Below are positions 12,901-27,900 of a DNA stretch of 64,000 nucleotides, piece after piece. The translations under genes and the position numbers were made by a program. The notes beneath the pieces were generated by a model. The model ran no database searches, had not been told where the DNA came from, and saw nothing but the letters and a program-made list of their open reading frames with translations. The stretch comes from Phoronis australis (Eukaryota; Animalia; Phoronida): the NCBI GenBank assembly GCA_002633005.1, contig NMRA01000009.1, positions 1,269,683 through 1,333,682 of the forward strand. Direction: 5' to 3'. The first letter of the stretch is position 1. Every line of letters starts with the position of its first letter.

Positions 12901-15900
12901 AATTACTGTGACAAATTAGTAATTACTAGTCTTCATGACAACTACTGTTCTTTGCAAGGACGGCAAACACTTCTTATCTAGGAAGGGGCAGATGAAACCA
13001 ATTTTAAAATTTTCAACATTGCAATTACGTTTTGAACAATGCACGCTTATGAAAACATACCTTGAACATTATAAATGCTTTCCACTGTTACACCCGAGAG
13101 CTTTTTGCGACGTAATAAGTGTCGAATAACGTTCACCTGAAAGTTGGATATTTATTCAAGAAATTAACACAGCCAACTGAACACAGAATTACAGAAGTGA
13201 GAAAATCATTGAAATAAGTCTAATAATTTGCATGAAAAAGTTATTAATACCAAGTGTAGTTAATGGCCTTTGAGACCTTGTGTGATCCCTCAGCACCACC
13301 ATATATGAGGACCGAGTGTTACTAAGAAAGATATTAATGCACAAAAAACAGTCAACCGTGCTTTTGCAAAATAGAATGTGTCAGCCACTAATGAGAAATA
13401 AGAAAAATGTAAAGGTCAACACATGGCCTTCTATGAAACAATGTGTATGGTATTGTGTACAGAGATGTAATAAAGAATGTGTAATGGTTGATGCATGCAA
13501 TGTCACAACAGACAGTGAACTTGATTGGTTGACAAGACCTCAACATACAATTAAAGGAAGTGTCCAGTGTCCAGATGAAATTGTCCCAACTTCCTATTCA
13601 TACACAGATTACCTGATTTCCAAAATGTAAACAGACAATCTGGTTCACCTAGTTAGTCTACTGCAGTCTCTGACCACTTGGAGACATTCTCCCACTCTGT
13701 ATGTATAAATGTTGATTACAATTTTTTGGGGAATAGTTAGCTAGATTCACTGTATGTATACTTCTAATTGTGGAGTCAAACCCAAAATAGCAACTTGTTC
13801 ACAGGAAATGGGATATGGATGAACAAAGATATGACATCAAGTCAGGCAAAATGACAGCCACTGGTATGGTTAAATAAAATCATGCGATTATTGTTGTATA
13901 ATAACATTATTTCAATTTAGCTGGCAATATAAGAAAATGCCAAATGAAGTTAAGGCAATGAAGCTTTGAGATTTAGTGTACTAAAGAAATAGTACAAAAA
14001 AGGCCATCTCGTATGAGATTCTAGCGATCTTGCAAGGGCAAAGGTCAACATGCAGGAAGTTTGTTGACTTAAGAGTGGCTGTGAATTGTGGTAGTGTAAT
14101 ACTATCAATGTGTGTTCTGTGACAAGGGATTTTGACCAGCAAAGTGTATTGTGAGTAGAGATACCATGAATGGTCATCAATGCATCATGATCAACTGTGA
14201 CCAGTAAGAACAGTTAACAGCCGGTAAGGTGCAGATAACAGTAGTTGGTACAACGGCTTTCCAGCAACAGTCAGCCATAGTGTGAATAATTGGTTCCAGA
14301 AGTGGCTAATGGGATTGTCATTTCAAGAGCGTATAGTCAAAATCGTCAGATAGCAGGTGATGTTTAATTGTTTATAGTGATTTAGTTACACCCATAGGGA
14401 GCGTTATAGTTCCTTATCATTATTGCTAGAGAACAGACATAACTTGTCTTAGAGATTCTCATAACATGATATTTGAGAATTGAATGGTCAGGTCTCCTAT
14501 GACTGTCAGTGAAATGACTGGAGCTCTTCAACTTATATTCAATAAGCATACTATTGCAGCTACTGTTCAACTCATACAAAATAATCATGCTGTAGACTGG
14601 GAGAATGACTCCATTTTGAACAGATTCACATATAGATGGAACAAGGTGTCCTGTTGCATCAAAGAAGCAGTTAACCAGTGCACAAACATCTGCACAGTCA
14701 CATATTAAAAATTTACTTGAGGCCTTTTTCTCAACCACTCAGATACAACAATACTTGATGCAGCGTTTCATGCCCCAACCCAACATAAGTTTGATACTGG
14801 ATGGTGTCAAAGCTTCACACTCCCAGCTAACTTTTGTCTGTGCAGAAAGGTACCTTATTCACTCTGTGTGTCTACCAGATGTGTTCTTATTATTTATAGT
14901 CAAATGATCAGAACTGTTATAATGCGAGACAGTAAAGGTTGCATGAACACCAGTCAACAGCGTTAACTATTAAGTAAAAAAATGTGCATCTGGTGCTGTT
15001 GTCTGCAATGACACAGTATACGGTGTTGCCAATTACGTGAATGTGTATCAGGCAAACTGTTGTCTACGAGACGCAACTATGCACATTAGGCAAAACTGTA
15101 GCCTGCAATGAGATATGCAATAACGAATGTGCATCAGGCAAAACTCTTGTCTGCAACCATATATGAAATAAAGAATGTGTATCAGGCAACTCTCGTATGC
15201 AATGAGATATGCACTAAAGAATGTGTTTTAGGCAAACCTAGTGTCTGTAATGAGATATGCAATAAAGGATATGTATCAAGAAAACTGTAGTCTGTAATGA
15301 AATATACAACAAAGAATGGGTATCGGGCAAAACTCTTGTTTGCAATGAGATGTGCACTAAAGAATGTGTATTAGGCAAAACTGGTGTCTGTAATGAGATA
15401 TGCAATAAAGAATGTGTATCAGACATAAATGTTGTCTGTAATGAGATATGCAATCAAGAATGCAGAATAACAATGAATATATACTGGTCAAAATTGTTGT
15501 CTGCAATGAGCGAAATGAGAAAAAGTATCAGTCAATGGCGTTATATCTGTAGTGAGACTTATAATGAAGAATGTGTTCATACGTGTGTATCAATTAATTA
15601 AGTCTGAAACGAGACATAAAACGCAAATCCAATCTTAAAATAACCCTCCTCGAATAATTACTGCCAACAAACCTGTTTTGTATAACAGCTGACTACAGCT
15701 ATCTGACTTTGAACTAAAGGTCCCCATTCTCTTGGCCAGTTTTGACATAAGTTCTGGACAATCACAGTCACTTCCTCAGCTTCAGACAAGTTGAAGTAGT
15801 TGGTAGTCTCTTCCTGACTCTCCTCACCAGCAACACAATAGAAAGAAATAGGTTTCCAACTTTTGCATTCTTCAGTGCCTCTAACTTTAATAACATCTTC

Positions 15901-18900
15901 ACCACCATAAAAAACACTCGAGAGAAACCTAAGAATACGTGGGTGAGATCGGTAGTTTTCCTTTAACATATGCACCGGTGATTGTTCTGACTTGACTTTG
16001 ACGTAAAGTTCTGTTAACCTTGTCAGTAGAGTTACATCAAATCGGTTTTCCTTTGCTAAAGAACTGTACACCTTTGGGGCCATCTGCTTATGGTCACCTG
16101 CCAGAAGGACACAGGTACTGTCACTTGCCAGGGTGAGTGGCATCACTATTCTGCACTCGAGGTCTTGAGCAGCTTCATCAATAAAGATGTGTGTGAAGTG
16201 GCCACGAAGATCCATCTGTGCCAAACCCAGTGAAGATGTTAGTGTGGCTACAACGATTTGATGCTTCAAGACATCTGCCATTGATGGTAACATAACTTCA
16301 TCTGTGGAACTAATCAGCGAATATTGCCTGACTTCTTCAGGTATGCGTGACACCCCCACATTTGCATTGTGCACTCGTAAGGTCTTAACAGCCTTGTTGG
16401 TAAACTTTTTATTCCATTCATCAATGTGGCATTTTATGAAAATGTCCGCAGCGCTGAAAATAGAAGACATGACTTATTACTAAACAGTTTTTACTAAAAC
16501 TCATCAATCAACATTTCTATTAGCAATTCAAAGTATTCTGTTATCAAATACATTGCATAAAAACATACCTGTTTGTATGTGTGCAGATCAGGATTCGTTG
16601 ACTGGGATTGTGACATGCTAGTAGTAGCGCTGTTTTAGCAAGTGTTTCGGTCTTTCCTGTACCATAAGGACCATACACAACAGGTTTCCTTGTCTTATTA
16701 GCACAACACATGACATACTTGGTCACTGCAGCCTGGCTCTCATTCAGCCTAGTGTAGGAGTGAATTCTGGGGAAAACAAAGGAGTAGTCATCAGAACATA
16801 GTGGTGTACTACAGAGCACACAAAACAATGAAAGTATTCAAGGGACAACAAACTTGGAAAAATTAACAAGTGCAATGCAAACCATTGACATGTGCTCAAA
16901 ACTGCATCGTCCATCTACAGTAGAGCCAGCACATCCAAGCTATACAACTCTGTTAAAAATAAATGCAGCCATTTTGACAATTGACGATCAAATAATATCT
17001 TGTCAGAGACTAAAACGTCAATCCAAAAATATACACCTACACCATCAACCTCTGCGTCATCTAAGTCTATCAAGCATCTGATAATGACCAACAGGAGGCA
17101 CTGTGGCTGAAAACTCCCTTTGAAAATTGACTGGTGCTGGGTCCAACCATAGACTCTTGTTCAAAGATTCATTGAAATCTGACAAACTATTTTGACAATA
17201 TCCAAAAAGCAAACAAAATCTTGTGAAGAACTAAACACCAACAGGGATTAGCAGTGGTAAAACCTTTTCAAAATCTTCTGGAAACAGGTGTTTGCCTTGG
17301 CGTCAAGTGCCATCAAAATATGCCAGGCCCTTTGGACCATGAATCATGCCAAAGACTAACATGGCCAAACAGGCATGCACCATAAACCAATCCATAGGAA
17401 AATCAACTGCTGCTGTCCCATTCTAACTACATATACCTCAGTGTTAAATTTCATCAAAATTTGTCTACTACTAAACGATGGATAAGACATTTCTAAAATG
17501 GCTAACAGATGTTCACACTATAATAACTTCAGGCTTTGGATCAACAGTGGTAAGCGTATTTTATTCATTTTTGCCCCTTGTAATACATTGTGCTGTATTA
17601 TAATATAAGTGTGAGATTCATGGACAGATGCTGGTGGCATGTATACAACATTCCAAGTGGAGTTCAATAGACAAAGTGTATAAAACATTGGAAACACATC
17701 AACTAGATACAAACAATGAAAATGAATACTGTGTACCAAGACAGATAAATCTGGCACTCACAACTGGTCAACTCGTTTCATTTTACTGTCGCTGGGAACC
17801 ACATCCAGGCTCATGTCAGGAAATACCAGTTTAACGTCGAGCATGTCCACAGCATGATGCATTTCACAGAAGGGTATCCTGTTCATCTGAAACTGGATTT
17901 CGATGTCAATTGGAGTATCTTCTTTCAACTGCAAGTCTTTACAGCATGCAGAGGACAGATGGATCACAACAGCCTCTCTAACACAGCTTTTAATGACAGC
18001 CTGATAGACATTAGACAAGAGGTCAGAGTTAACAGGGGCAATGAGCACATGTTGGACACTCTGAAGCAGGAGTACACCTGCACTCATGTCCTCAGACAGC
18101 TCAACTTGAAGTTCAACTCTGGCAAACAGCTGACCTTCCTGGCCAATGAGAAATGAGGGTTTTTCTCCATCAGTCATGATTGTCTTCTTGGGAATTAGCT
18201 GACATTTCATGCTGAACCTAGAACAAAAAAGAATGATTAGTTTCACACAGTAAATAAAATAGCCTTTCAGGACATTCATTTACATTGGGAAAATGTCACA
18301 AAGAGAAACTGTAAAAGCTTCGATTCTGACATTCGCAAAGTCAGTTTTACCTTCAGATGACTATGAATGACCTCAATGTCACTTTTTCAACAAGACTCGT
18401 CAAAAAAACGCATAGATGTAAAGCCAATGCTTAATGTTTCCCACTGCTTGCATGCTTGCCTCTCTTTTAACAATTTCCACCTCTCCCCTTCCTCTACATT
18501 AATCAGTTGATGCATTCTGTCCTTGTAATTTCCACAAGTCAGTCTGTTTCCTTTTAGCCTACAGTCTACGACACTGCCTGATGAAGGTAGTGGATATTTT
18601 TGCAGCATTTCTGTCTCCTTCTCAGTCACAGACGTGTGATCAAACTTCACAACAGTCCTGAAAAAAATAATAGAAAGATTCAACAATAAGAAATCAATCA
18701 CTGATATTCAACAACATGGGATGTTCACAAGCACAACCTAGTACAAGTACTTGTAGTCCTTCTATTCCAAATTGAGAACTAGGAAACTTAACTAAACAAC
18801 AAATCTGTGCTTCCACTGCTTTAGCTGTCCATGAATGGTGAATTTTGGTTCTTGAAAAAATGTTTGAAAAAAACTGTTAAATTTCGTGTTATGACCTTGA

Positions 18901-21900
18901 AACTGAGGGCAACATTGCCAAATTTTGTTCAACGGTTGGCTTGCAGAGATATCCACACAGTACACAACCCAAAGTTCCCTCTCCTAAATATTGCTGCAAC
19001 ATTTTTCCAGAACTCTCAACTTTCTCCTGATCTCAAAATTAAGCCTTAAGGTCATCAAACTTGATTGGCATCTGGAAATGGCTCACGTACACCTTGGTGC
19101 ACAACATAAACCAAATATAATACATTCAAATTAAACTGATTTTCTTGCAATGAGGTATAGGTCACCAAATATGACCAGAGACTGGTAGAGATGACAGGCA
19201 CAAAAATTATCCCAAGAATGCATTTTTATATACAGGTACATCTTCTTGAGGTGTCAGAAATATCAAAACACCACACTCTCTTGCTCAACGAGTGACATAT
19301 CACTAGTTCTATCAAACAAGGTGAGCTTCAGACCAATGTGACTACCTGTTTGACTCGGTCCATATATCAGGTCTAAACAGAGAACTCCTCATTTCTTCAA
19401 GCCAATCAAGACTTTCTCTTTCTCCCACATGTACTTCTAGTTTCTTTTCAACAACAGTTTCAAGTCCAAAATCAAAGCACAGTGACTGGTGAAAGGTTCC
19501 AAACGTTTCTGCTCTGAATGACACAAATACTGTGTAACGGTCCTCTGCAATTCAGAGAAAAAAGAAAGTTCACTACAATATAAAAGATATTTATTTCAAC
19601 CTTGGAGGACAATTCAAGTACATAAACTCTGTAAAGAAGCAAACGGTTTCTCATTTTAAACACAACCTTCTTCATGATTTACTGCCCCAGAACATAGAAA
19701 ATTTTTTAACCTTGACATAGTCCACTTTACCTCTGAGTCATAATTTACAAAACTTTCAGTACTGTAAACGCGAAACTAATTATTAACAGAACAGCGTGTT
19801 ATTTTAGCATATATAGGGTGAAGTGGGGCCTTGTCTGTCTCTCATTCGATTTCCACTTCAAAAAGAATAATTTTCATCATTGTCGCGGATTTCCAAAAGT
19901 GTCCTCCCAATATAGTTTGGAGCTCTTTCAAAAACAGTTAGGCTAACCCTCTATTGTAGTAGGTAAGCAACCACCAATGTGAGGCGGCTTCCTCTTGCAA
20001 CATACCTCAACAGTCCATAGCTGAATGAGAGTGTTTAGAGCTACATACAAGGGAGGCTGCCCCACGCCTTTTTTCTGAAAGACAACCCTGGAGGTTCTCA
20101 ATGAAAGAACAAATGCAGGGGGGGGGCTTTCACAAATCCTTCATAACCCAAAAGTAATGCATTACATAATCAGCACCCCATTTCACAACCAACCATAAGG
20201 ACTGTGAAGGACAGTTAATTGAAGGCCATAGCCAACAATAACTTGAACACAATGAGATACTAGTCATATCCTATAAAAGACTGGCTGTGAATAGATAACA
20301 CCAGAATCAGCACTGGGATGTTCACATCTCAATGCATCCAAAACAAAGGACAAAGAGATTCTAAGGTAAAGCAAATACCAAGAACAGTAGAGCTAGTCCC
20401 AACAATTTTGTGGTCAGACCAAAGTTTCAACAAGTAACTTACATATCCATCAGCCTGTTCAGAACTGCTATAGGGGATCATTATCTCTTATCTGATTTNA
20501 CCAAAAGAAAAGGGAGGAAAAAGGAGGTATTGTGTAGATTCGCATACTTACAGAGGCTGGCAGCCGGATACCAAACCCTAACTCCAGGGGCCAAGGCTGG
20601 AGGGGGAGGTACGTTTACCCAAGTGCTGCAACAGCTGCCGGGTGTGAACTTCAAGCAATGGTGTTTGAAACAGGTAAGTTCAACTACAGTGATTCTTACG
20701 ATTATTCATGCAGCGTTTAATTGCGCAACTTCTTCCCAGTGTAGCACTTCCCGTTCGACGAATTGGAATTATTTTCATTATTTTGTTTCGATAAAAATCA
20801 ATTAATAAGGTGCACATACCTTTGATGGAAGTAAAAGATCCCAAATTAACCAAATGGCATTCAAGAAGGCAACATTTTGGACCTTGAAATTGTTTGATGG
20901 ACGAGTGTTCCCAAGCAACACTGCCTCGGAATATTCCCTAATATTGCATTGTATAAGTGCAAAAAGTCATGCAATGTTCCACAGTGTAAGTCTAATCCAA
21001 AATACAATGAACAGCTATATTCCCTCACAAAGAAAAAACAATTACAGCAACTTCAAATGTCTTTAGATGACATGGTTTCAATTCAAAACAAATCACCATG
21101 CAATTCATGTCATGAAGTTTTCAAAAAAATTAAGTTGACAAAAATGATGAAAATCAGCAAAATGATATTTCACTCGTTCAATATATTTATGTGAGAATAT
21201 GGACTCGTCCCTCTTATACCCCCATCTTTCAGACTGGTCCAATAACCGCTTGTGTAGATTCGCATGCAGTCCTCCTGCACTCGAGGCACAAGGACATTCC
21301 ATTTCCAGCCTCACTATTGGTTCGTTGTGTTACTGCCACGAGTTTGGTCAGCTCCTGGCTCCCATAGGCTGATGATTGTCACGTGTCATATGGCTCCTTT
21401 GTTCTCAGTAAAGTTATATTTCCTGCCATCAGTACTTCGCTTTAACAGCACTTAGGTTCGAGTCTAATCTCACTTCATTTTTTCCCACACTCTACCACCC
21501 TCTCCTTTGGGTAGTTCCTCTTACCTGAGTGCTGGCGCTTTTTATTGCCCATCTTTCCAGAGATTATTATTTTATCTTTACGTTATTTGTACTCATATTT
21601 CTGTACCTTATCAGTCATAATAAATGACCTTATATCGCCTATACACGGTCTCCTTTGTATCTCTGGAAACGGAGCTTGCGACGCACCTACTATTTTCGGG
21701 ACATATTTCGAGCATAAATATTGGTATATTAGTATTCAGATAGTTTTCAAATTATTTCGAATAGTGTTACTATTTATCTAGTCCATCGTTTTTGCAACAA
21801 AGTTGAACAACTCCGATAAAACCACCAACTTCTGTTAAAACAGCAGTAGTGAGCTGAAATATGCAAAGCCTAGCAACATCGATTACGCAATTAAAAGCCT

Positions 21901-24900
21901 AAATAGTCACTCACTGAGGAATTCATTCTCACAATACCTTGCACTGGATAGTAAACTCCCATTGGTACACCTCAGACTTCTTGTTCAGATAGATCTTATC
22001 ATCCATCTTGCTTTGTATTTCAACTCCACTGACATGCTCAACCAGCTGTAATAGTGTAATAGGAATGAAAAAATACAAGCCAGTGACAAAATGGTGGCTA
22101 CGTAGTACATAAAATACTTGTACCAAAACAGCAGTGACACTGACCAAGTAACATTATTAGAAGTGTCAACAGCGCACCCTAATGTCAGGCTTAAAGTGAA
22201 AATGGTGTCTCTCAATGCTCACTTTTATTAATTGTAAGAGAAAAGTTGGAAAGACTAAAAACAAAAGATGGAGTTGGTGTCTAAGTCATGCTCTTGGATC
22301 GATGCACGCCCACTGCGGAAACGAGGTCAACAACATGTTTATAATATTTTAGCCTAGTACAAAAATGTACATTTTTCTAACAAACATCTTTGAAATTTTT
22401 TAATAACTATGTAGGATCTTGTGAAAAAGTCTTGAGCATTAAGTGTATTTTTAGATGTTTAGGGTTTTTAGACATCATGATTACGGAGTGATAGTTGAAA
22501 CAGCCAATGATATTTTACCAATTTGCATGATTTAAAGACAGCTGACCTGACACAGCAGGCGATGAAAAACTTAATACATGATTAGGAAAACACTTGCCTT
22601 TTAGACAATGAATTTATAGCAATAGCTTTTTGAAATACCAGGTATGTTGTTGATGCCTCAATTCTGAAGCCAAATATCAGTCCCTCTCAAAATCATTTAA
22701 AAAATCATGTACATTTCCCTCAGCCCCTAAAATTCTCCTCAAATGATCTAAAATCCTCATTAAGGTTATAATCAGTTAAATCTCACATAAGACACTAGGC
22801 AACAAAAGGTTTTTATTAACTGCAAAGCCAACATCATCTGAAGCAGTGTCAATGTGGGGAACGGGATTTGAATCAGTTTATCACCACAAGTCTGCACTTA
22901 GGGTGATTATGGGACATACAACGCAGCAAGAAATCCAGCCATAGGAGTTCTTAGTTCACTATCTGACACCACGTACTGCTTAATAGGTTTGCTTGTGTAA
23001 AATGAAATGGTGGCGACAGGGGCAAGGGAAATAAAATACTTTTGCTAAACTTAAAATCTATAGTTTTGTAGACATCTTGCTCAATTCACACACTTGGCAA
23101 TAAGGTCCAACATAATCTTAACAAGTTTTGTTATTCCCAAGACAAAATTTTGTCCCTGTGGTCCACTGTACCACCCTATCACAATTCCCAAGGTGTTTTC
23201 CAATGAATTGGCAAAACAGACCACATGGAACAAAATTACCCATAGGGAAGAAACAGGTATGTGCTATGAACGCGACACTGTCCAAAATGTAGGTTAAAAA
23301 TACACCCAAAAAGACCCCTGTTCAAACTGCACTGCATAAGTTATTGTCAACCATCATCAAGTCATTTCACGACATCAAATAATATTTTAACTTTCTATAC
23401 TACACCGTCCCATAAACGCATGTTCTTCAAATTATCGATGACTGAAAAATCTTCTTGCCTTAAAACACAGCATCATGGTTAAGTTGTGAACACCATTTTT
23501 GCTTCAAAATGAATATTTAAAAATTATCAAACATTAGTTGATTTCATGATTGAGAGATAAATCACGTAACTGAAATCAATTAAATAAAAGTTGCCCCAAA
23601 CAACTATTTGGCAGTAAAACATAGTTCATATAATTTGATGAGAAGCGATGAAAGAAGATGACGCTTCAAAAAATTCTGTGAAAGATTTACAGTTGATGGA
23701 ATTCCAAGTTTTAAACACTACTAGATGCAAAATACACCCTGAATAGATAATTTAATAATAGAACTCCACAAGACCGCTTTCATATCGGTCAGCCCCTTCA
23801 AAACTGCTATAGGGGATCATTATCTCTTATCTGATTTTGTATACCTTACCCTATTGTGCCTGCATTGACTTTCATCATAAAAGGCTATTGTGGAGATGTT
23901 TAAACTGTAGGCTTGGGTAACAATAGGCATCCTCTGCCTGTTACTAAAGACCAAGCTACACCACAAGGGAAAGCACTACTTTCAGCCTTTAGCTGGCCAA
24001 GCTTAGATATCTATGTCCATTTCAGTTGGCAGTGTTTTCGAAGAACTTCGGCCCAAGTATATTACACTTCATTTCCCACTGATACCATGAAGCGCGCTTA
24101 TCCCTAGTAAGAGATGATGGCTGTTGGAAGTTTAAACATTTGAAATATTCGTTGTAAAAGGATGTTTTACGAATACCATAATCATAGCTAGGGCCAAAAC
24201 AGAACAGTGTTTTTAAAGTCAGATAAGATTTTTACTATTCAAAGGCCACCTATTCTGATAGTGTTTTTGAATTCCAAGTTCGTACGCCACATGATGCATC
24301 GTCTGAGCAGTCTCAAAACTCCCGAGAAATATGTAACTGGTGTCAAATTCACGCTACTCTTGATTTAAAATACTGAGACCTTTGTGCACTGAGATAGTAC
24401 AATTCTCTGATCCCATTAGAAGACTAATCAATCGCGAGCATGCGCGCGCCCAGCCTTGAAAATGGGGGGGCTCGAATTTCTGTCCATGTGGACAAAAAAT
24501 CGAGACAACTAAAAAACGGGGTACCACCTTTCAGAACTGTGCGTATGCATCCTTTTTAGTGGACTTCTGTCTCCTTTTCTCGGACTATTCATTTCTCTGA
24601 GATGGACCTTTTTGCCCACTTCGCCAAATGGGGAGCTCACTCGAGCCCCCGAAACCCCCTGAGTGCGCGCATGGCGAGTACCGGCGTAGGCAAAACAGTA
24701 CATTCGACTTTACTTGGTAACATTTACAGAAAAAAGTATTTTGCTTCTCCAAACGAGAAACTGTAACATCTTTAAATGATTAAAAATGAGGTAATCAAAG
24801 AGATGGAGTTGAGAAATAATAATACAATAAGTTTCCTCATCTCAGCTTCAAATGAAGTATACATGTACAGGCAAACATTCTTTTTTATCACATTCGTATT

Positions 24901-27900
24901 TGGATGAATTCTCAACTCTTGTAACTGTTTTTCTATAAATAATCTCGTAGAAAACAAAAATGACTTTAAATCTTTTATTTACATGTACTGTGACTCAAAA
25001 CCTGACAAATCTAAAACAGTTTTAATACATGTCATGCAAAAATGGACCTAGCATATGAGCGATATATATAACAGAATGAAAGAGAGCAATGAAACCACAC
25101 GCAAACAATTGCACCATTCATACGAGTAGTCATAGTCTACCTATAATAGGAATACTATTCATGTAAGTTATCTGGTCAACATCTAACTCAGATACCTACA
25201 GAAAATGATATTATGAGCAACACCTAAAAATAACTTGCATGTGTGCAATTTCGACAAACTACTTGCTGCCACTGAAAGAAGATTGTGCTCACAGCATCAT
25301 TTTTCTACATGTTGCATCCTATCACATGGAGCAGGGTGGCCATCATATAAAAATATACAATCAAATGAATATGTTCACAGAAAGACATGTTACAAAAAAC
25401 CTTGTACCATCCATGTGCCGACCAATCATATTTATACATATACATATATATATATATATAATCGCATTAAGCAAATTATGATAAATAACGGTTACAGCAA
25501 TAAGTTTGTTGATGAGAATGTGAAGCTTTTCATAAGCCAGTTGCAGAAGCCTATGTGTTTAAAACAAGCAAGTGATTGTACCAAAAAACTATTCTACCGC
25601 AACCAATTCCATTCACGTTATATTGAAGATGAACGAGTTTTAAAACGGATCATCCATAATAATGTTAAGACCGTTAAGCCAGAAGACAGCTTTAAATTAA
25701 TTATATATTACCAAAACCACAAAACTAAAGATCTTGTTGTTAAAAACAATATGTGCTCTAAGTCTGTCCGAGTGTTAGCCAAAACTGACTTGATTTATCA
25801 GTTCAATTGTCCCCACAACGAATGTATTCGTTCAAACACTGATTGCTCAAGGTACGTTGGTTATACAACTTGCACTTTATCTCGCCGGTTATCTATGCAC
25901 TTACAGAATGGATCAATAAAAGATCACTTCCAAACACTCCACAAACAGAAAATTTCTCGTTCAGATATTGTTGATAATACCATCGTCAGGTATTTCGAAC
26001 GTGACCTCTTTCGTTTGAAAATACTTGAAGCATTAATAATAAAAACTGAAACACCTTACATAAATTCTCAAGANACCTCACATACGTATTCATACAGCCG
26101 CGTGATAAAGGAGTTATCAAGCAATTTGATATAAAAGAACCACCTTTCCAATATCAGCCTTAGGGCCCTCATTCAAGTACTTTTGCACATCATAAATCTG
26201 GACATAATAACCCACCTACATTATATAACATACATATATTGTCCAAGTGATTTGACTTTTAAACACTAATCCAGAAATTTGTCCAGTTAATTTTTTATAG
26301 CATGAAATAGTTCTACCTGGCTTTCATGTTTGGCGCAAATTCATAATTTGACTTAGGATAAATTTATCTGGATCCTGAAGTGTCACCGACAAAGTTTGAA
26401 ATGTGTAACTTGCAAATGAAAAATATGAAAGTATGTTCTCACATACTTAAATTGCAAGCATAATTTCCTCATCCCGTGCGAGGTTTGTCACTAATGCACT
26501 GCAGCGCACCATGCACATAGATTTGAAAACAACAGACAGTTATTCAGGAACATAAAACATTAGGTTTACTGAATCCCAAATATATAAATAAACAACCTCT
26601 CGATAACCTTTCGCAACACGTTTAAAATTCTTGTGGTCTGAAGCGCATCATAATAAATCAGAGTACGAAAGGCTAACAAGCAAGCATTGAAATGTACAAC
26701 ATATTATCCTGTTATACAGGTAAAGTATACAAGGAAGGTTAAGTTAATGACAAGTAGATACCAGACACTTCGAAGCTTTTTCCATCTTCTATTTGAAACT
26801 CATTGTTGTTGTGTTGGGATGTATGAAGTGCAAAGTGTTGAGAATCGCCAGGATAGAGAAGACACGCTTTTAGCAACTTTAGGTCCATCTAAAACAAAAG
26901 TAACATGAAACAATAATCTTGATGATGGGTGTTTAGTTTACCATAGGTCAATAGGATAAACTCACTAGTGAAAATGGACGCATACTGTACACATTGCAAT
27001 ATTACGCTGACTCAACATTTATCAGTAAGTTGTCATTGTATATACAGGCATATATTAACAAATTGCCACTTGACTTCAAGCAATGGTGTCTGAAACAGTT
27101 AAGTTGAACTACAGTGATTCTTACAATTATTCATGCAGCGTTTAATTGCGCAACTTCTTCCCAGTGTAGCACTTCCCGTTCGACGAATTGGAATTATTTT
27201 CATTACTTTGTTTCGATAAAAATCAATTAATAAGGTGCACGTACCTTTGATGGAAGTAAAAAATCACAAATTAACCAAATGGCATTCAAGAAGGCAACAC
27301 TTTGGACCTTGAAATTATTTGATGGACGAGTGTTCCCAAGCAACACTGCATCGGAATATTCCCTAATATTGCATGGTATAAGTGCAAAAAGTCATGCAAT
27401 GTTCCACAGTGTAAGACTAATCCAAAATACAATGAACAGCTATATTCACCCACAAAAAAAAACAACTACAGCAACTTCAAATGTCTTCAGATGACATACT
27501 TTCAATTCAAAACAAATCACCTTGCAATTCATGTCATGAAGTTTTCAAAAAAATTAAGTTGACAAGAATGATGAAAATCAGCAAAATATTGGTATATTAG
27601 TATTCAGATAGTTTTCAAATGATTTCGAATAGTGTTACTATTTATCTAGTCCATCGTTTTTGCGACAAAGTTGAACAACTCCGATAAAATCACCAACTTC
27701 TGTTAAAACAGCAGTAGTGAGCTGAAATATGCAAAGCCTAGCGACATCGATTAAGCAATAAAAAGCCTAAATAGTCACTCACTGAGGAATTCATTCTCAC
27801 AATACCTTGCACTGGATAGTAAACTCCCATCGGTACACCTCAGACTTCTTTTTAAGATAGATCTTATCATCCATCTTGCTTTGTATTTCAACTCCATTCA

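Larger units (their letters stand above)
20648..23783. repeat. Segmental duplication copy 1 (contains exons)
   Basis: Colinear with 27073-30209. Confidence 0.9.

Noticed and set aside
14484-14708. NHAVDWENDSIL...IKEAV resembles a Penelope GIY-YIG tail
   Set aside because: Too decayed to support without a search.
15108-15601. Cys-rich metallothionein-like ORFs
   Set aside because: By-product of the 48-bp minisatellite; 47-bp units break the frame.
19731-19761. 31-nt candidate micro-exon (TESFVNYDSE)
   Set aside because: Its end phase does not match the 19544 acceptor without a weak GAG acceptor.
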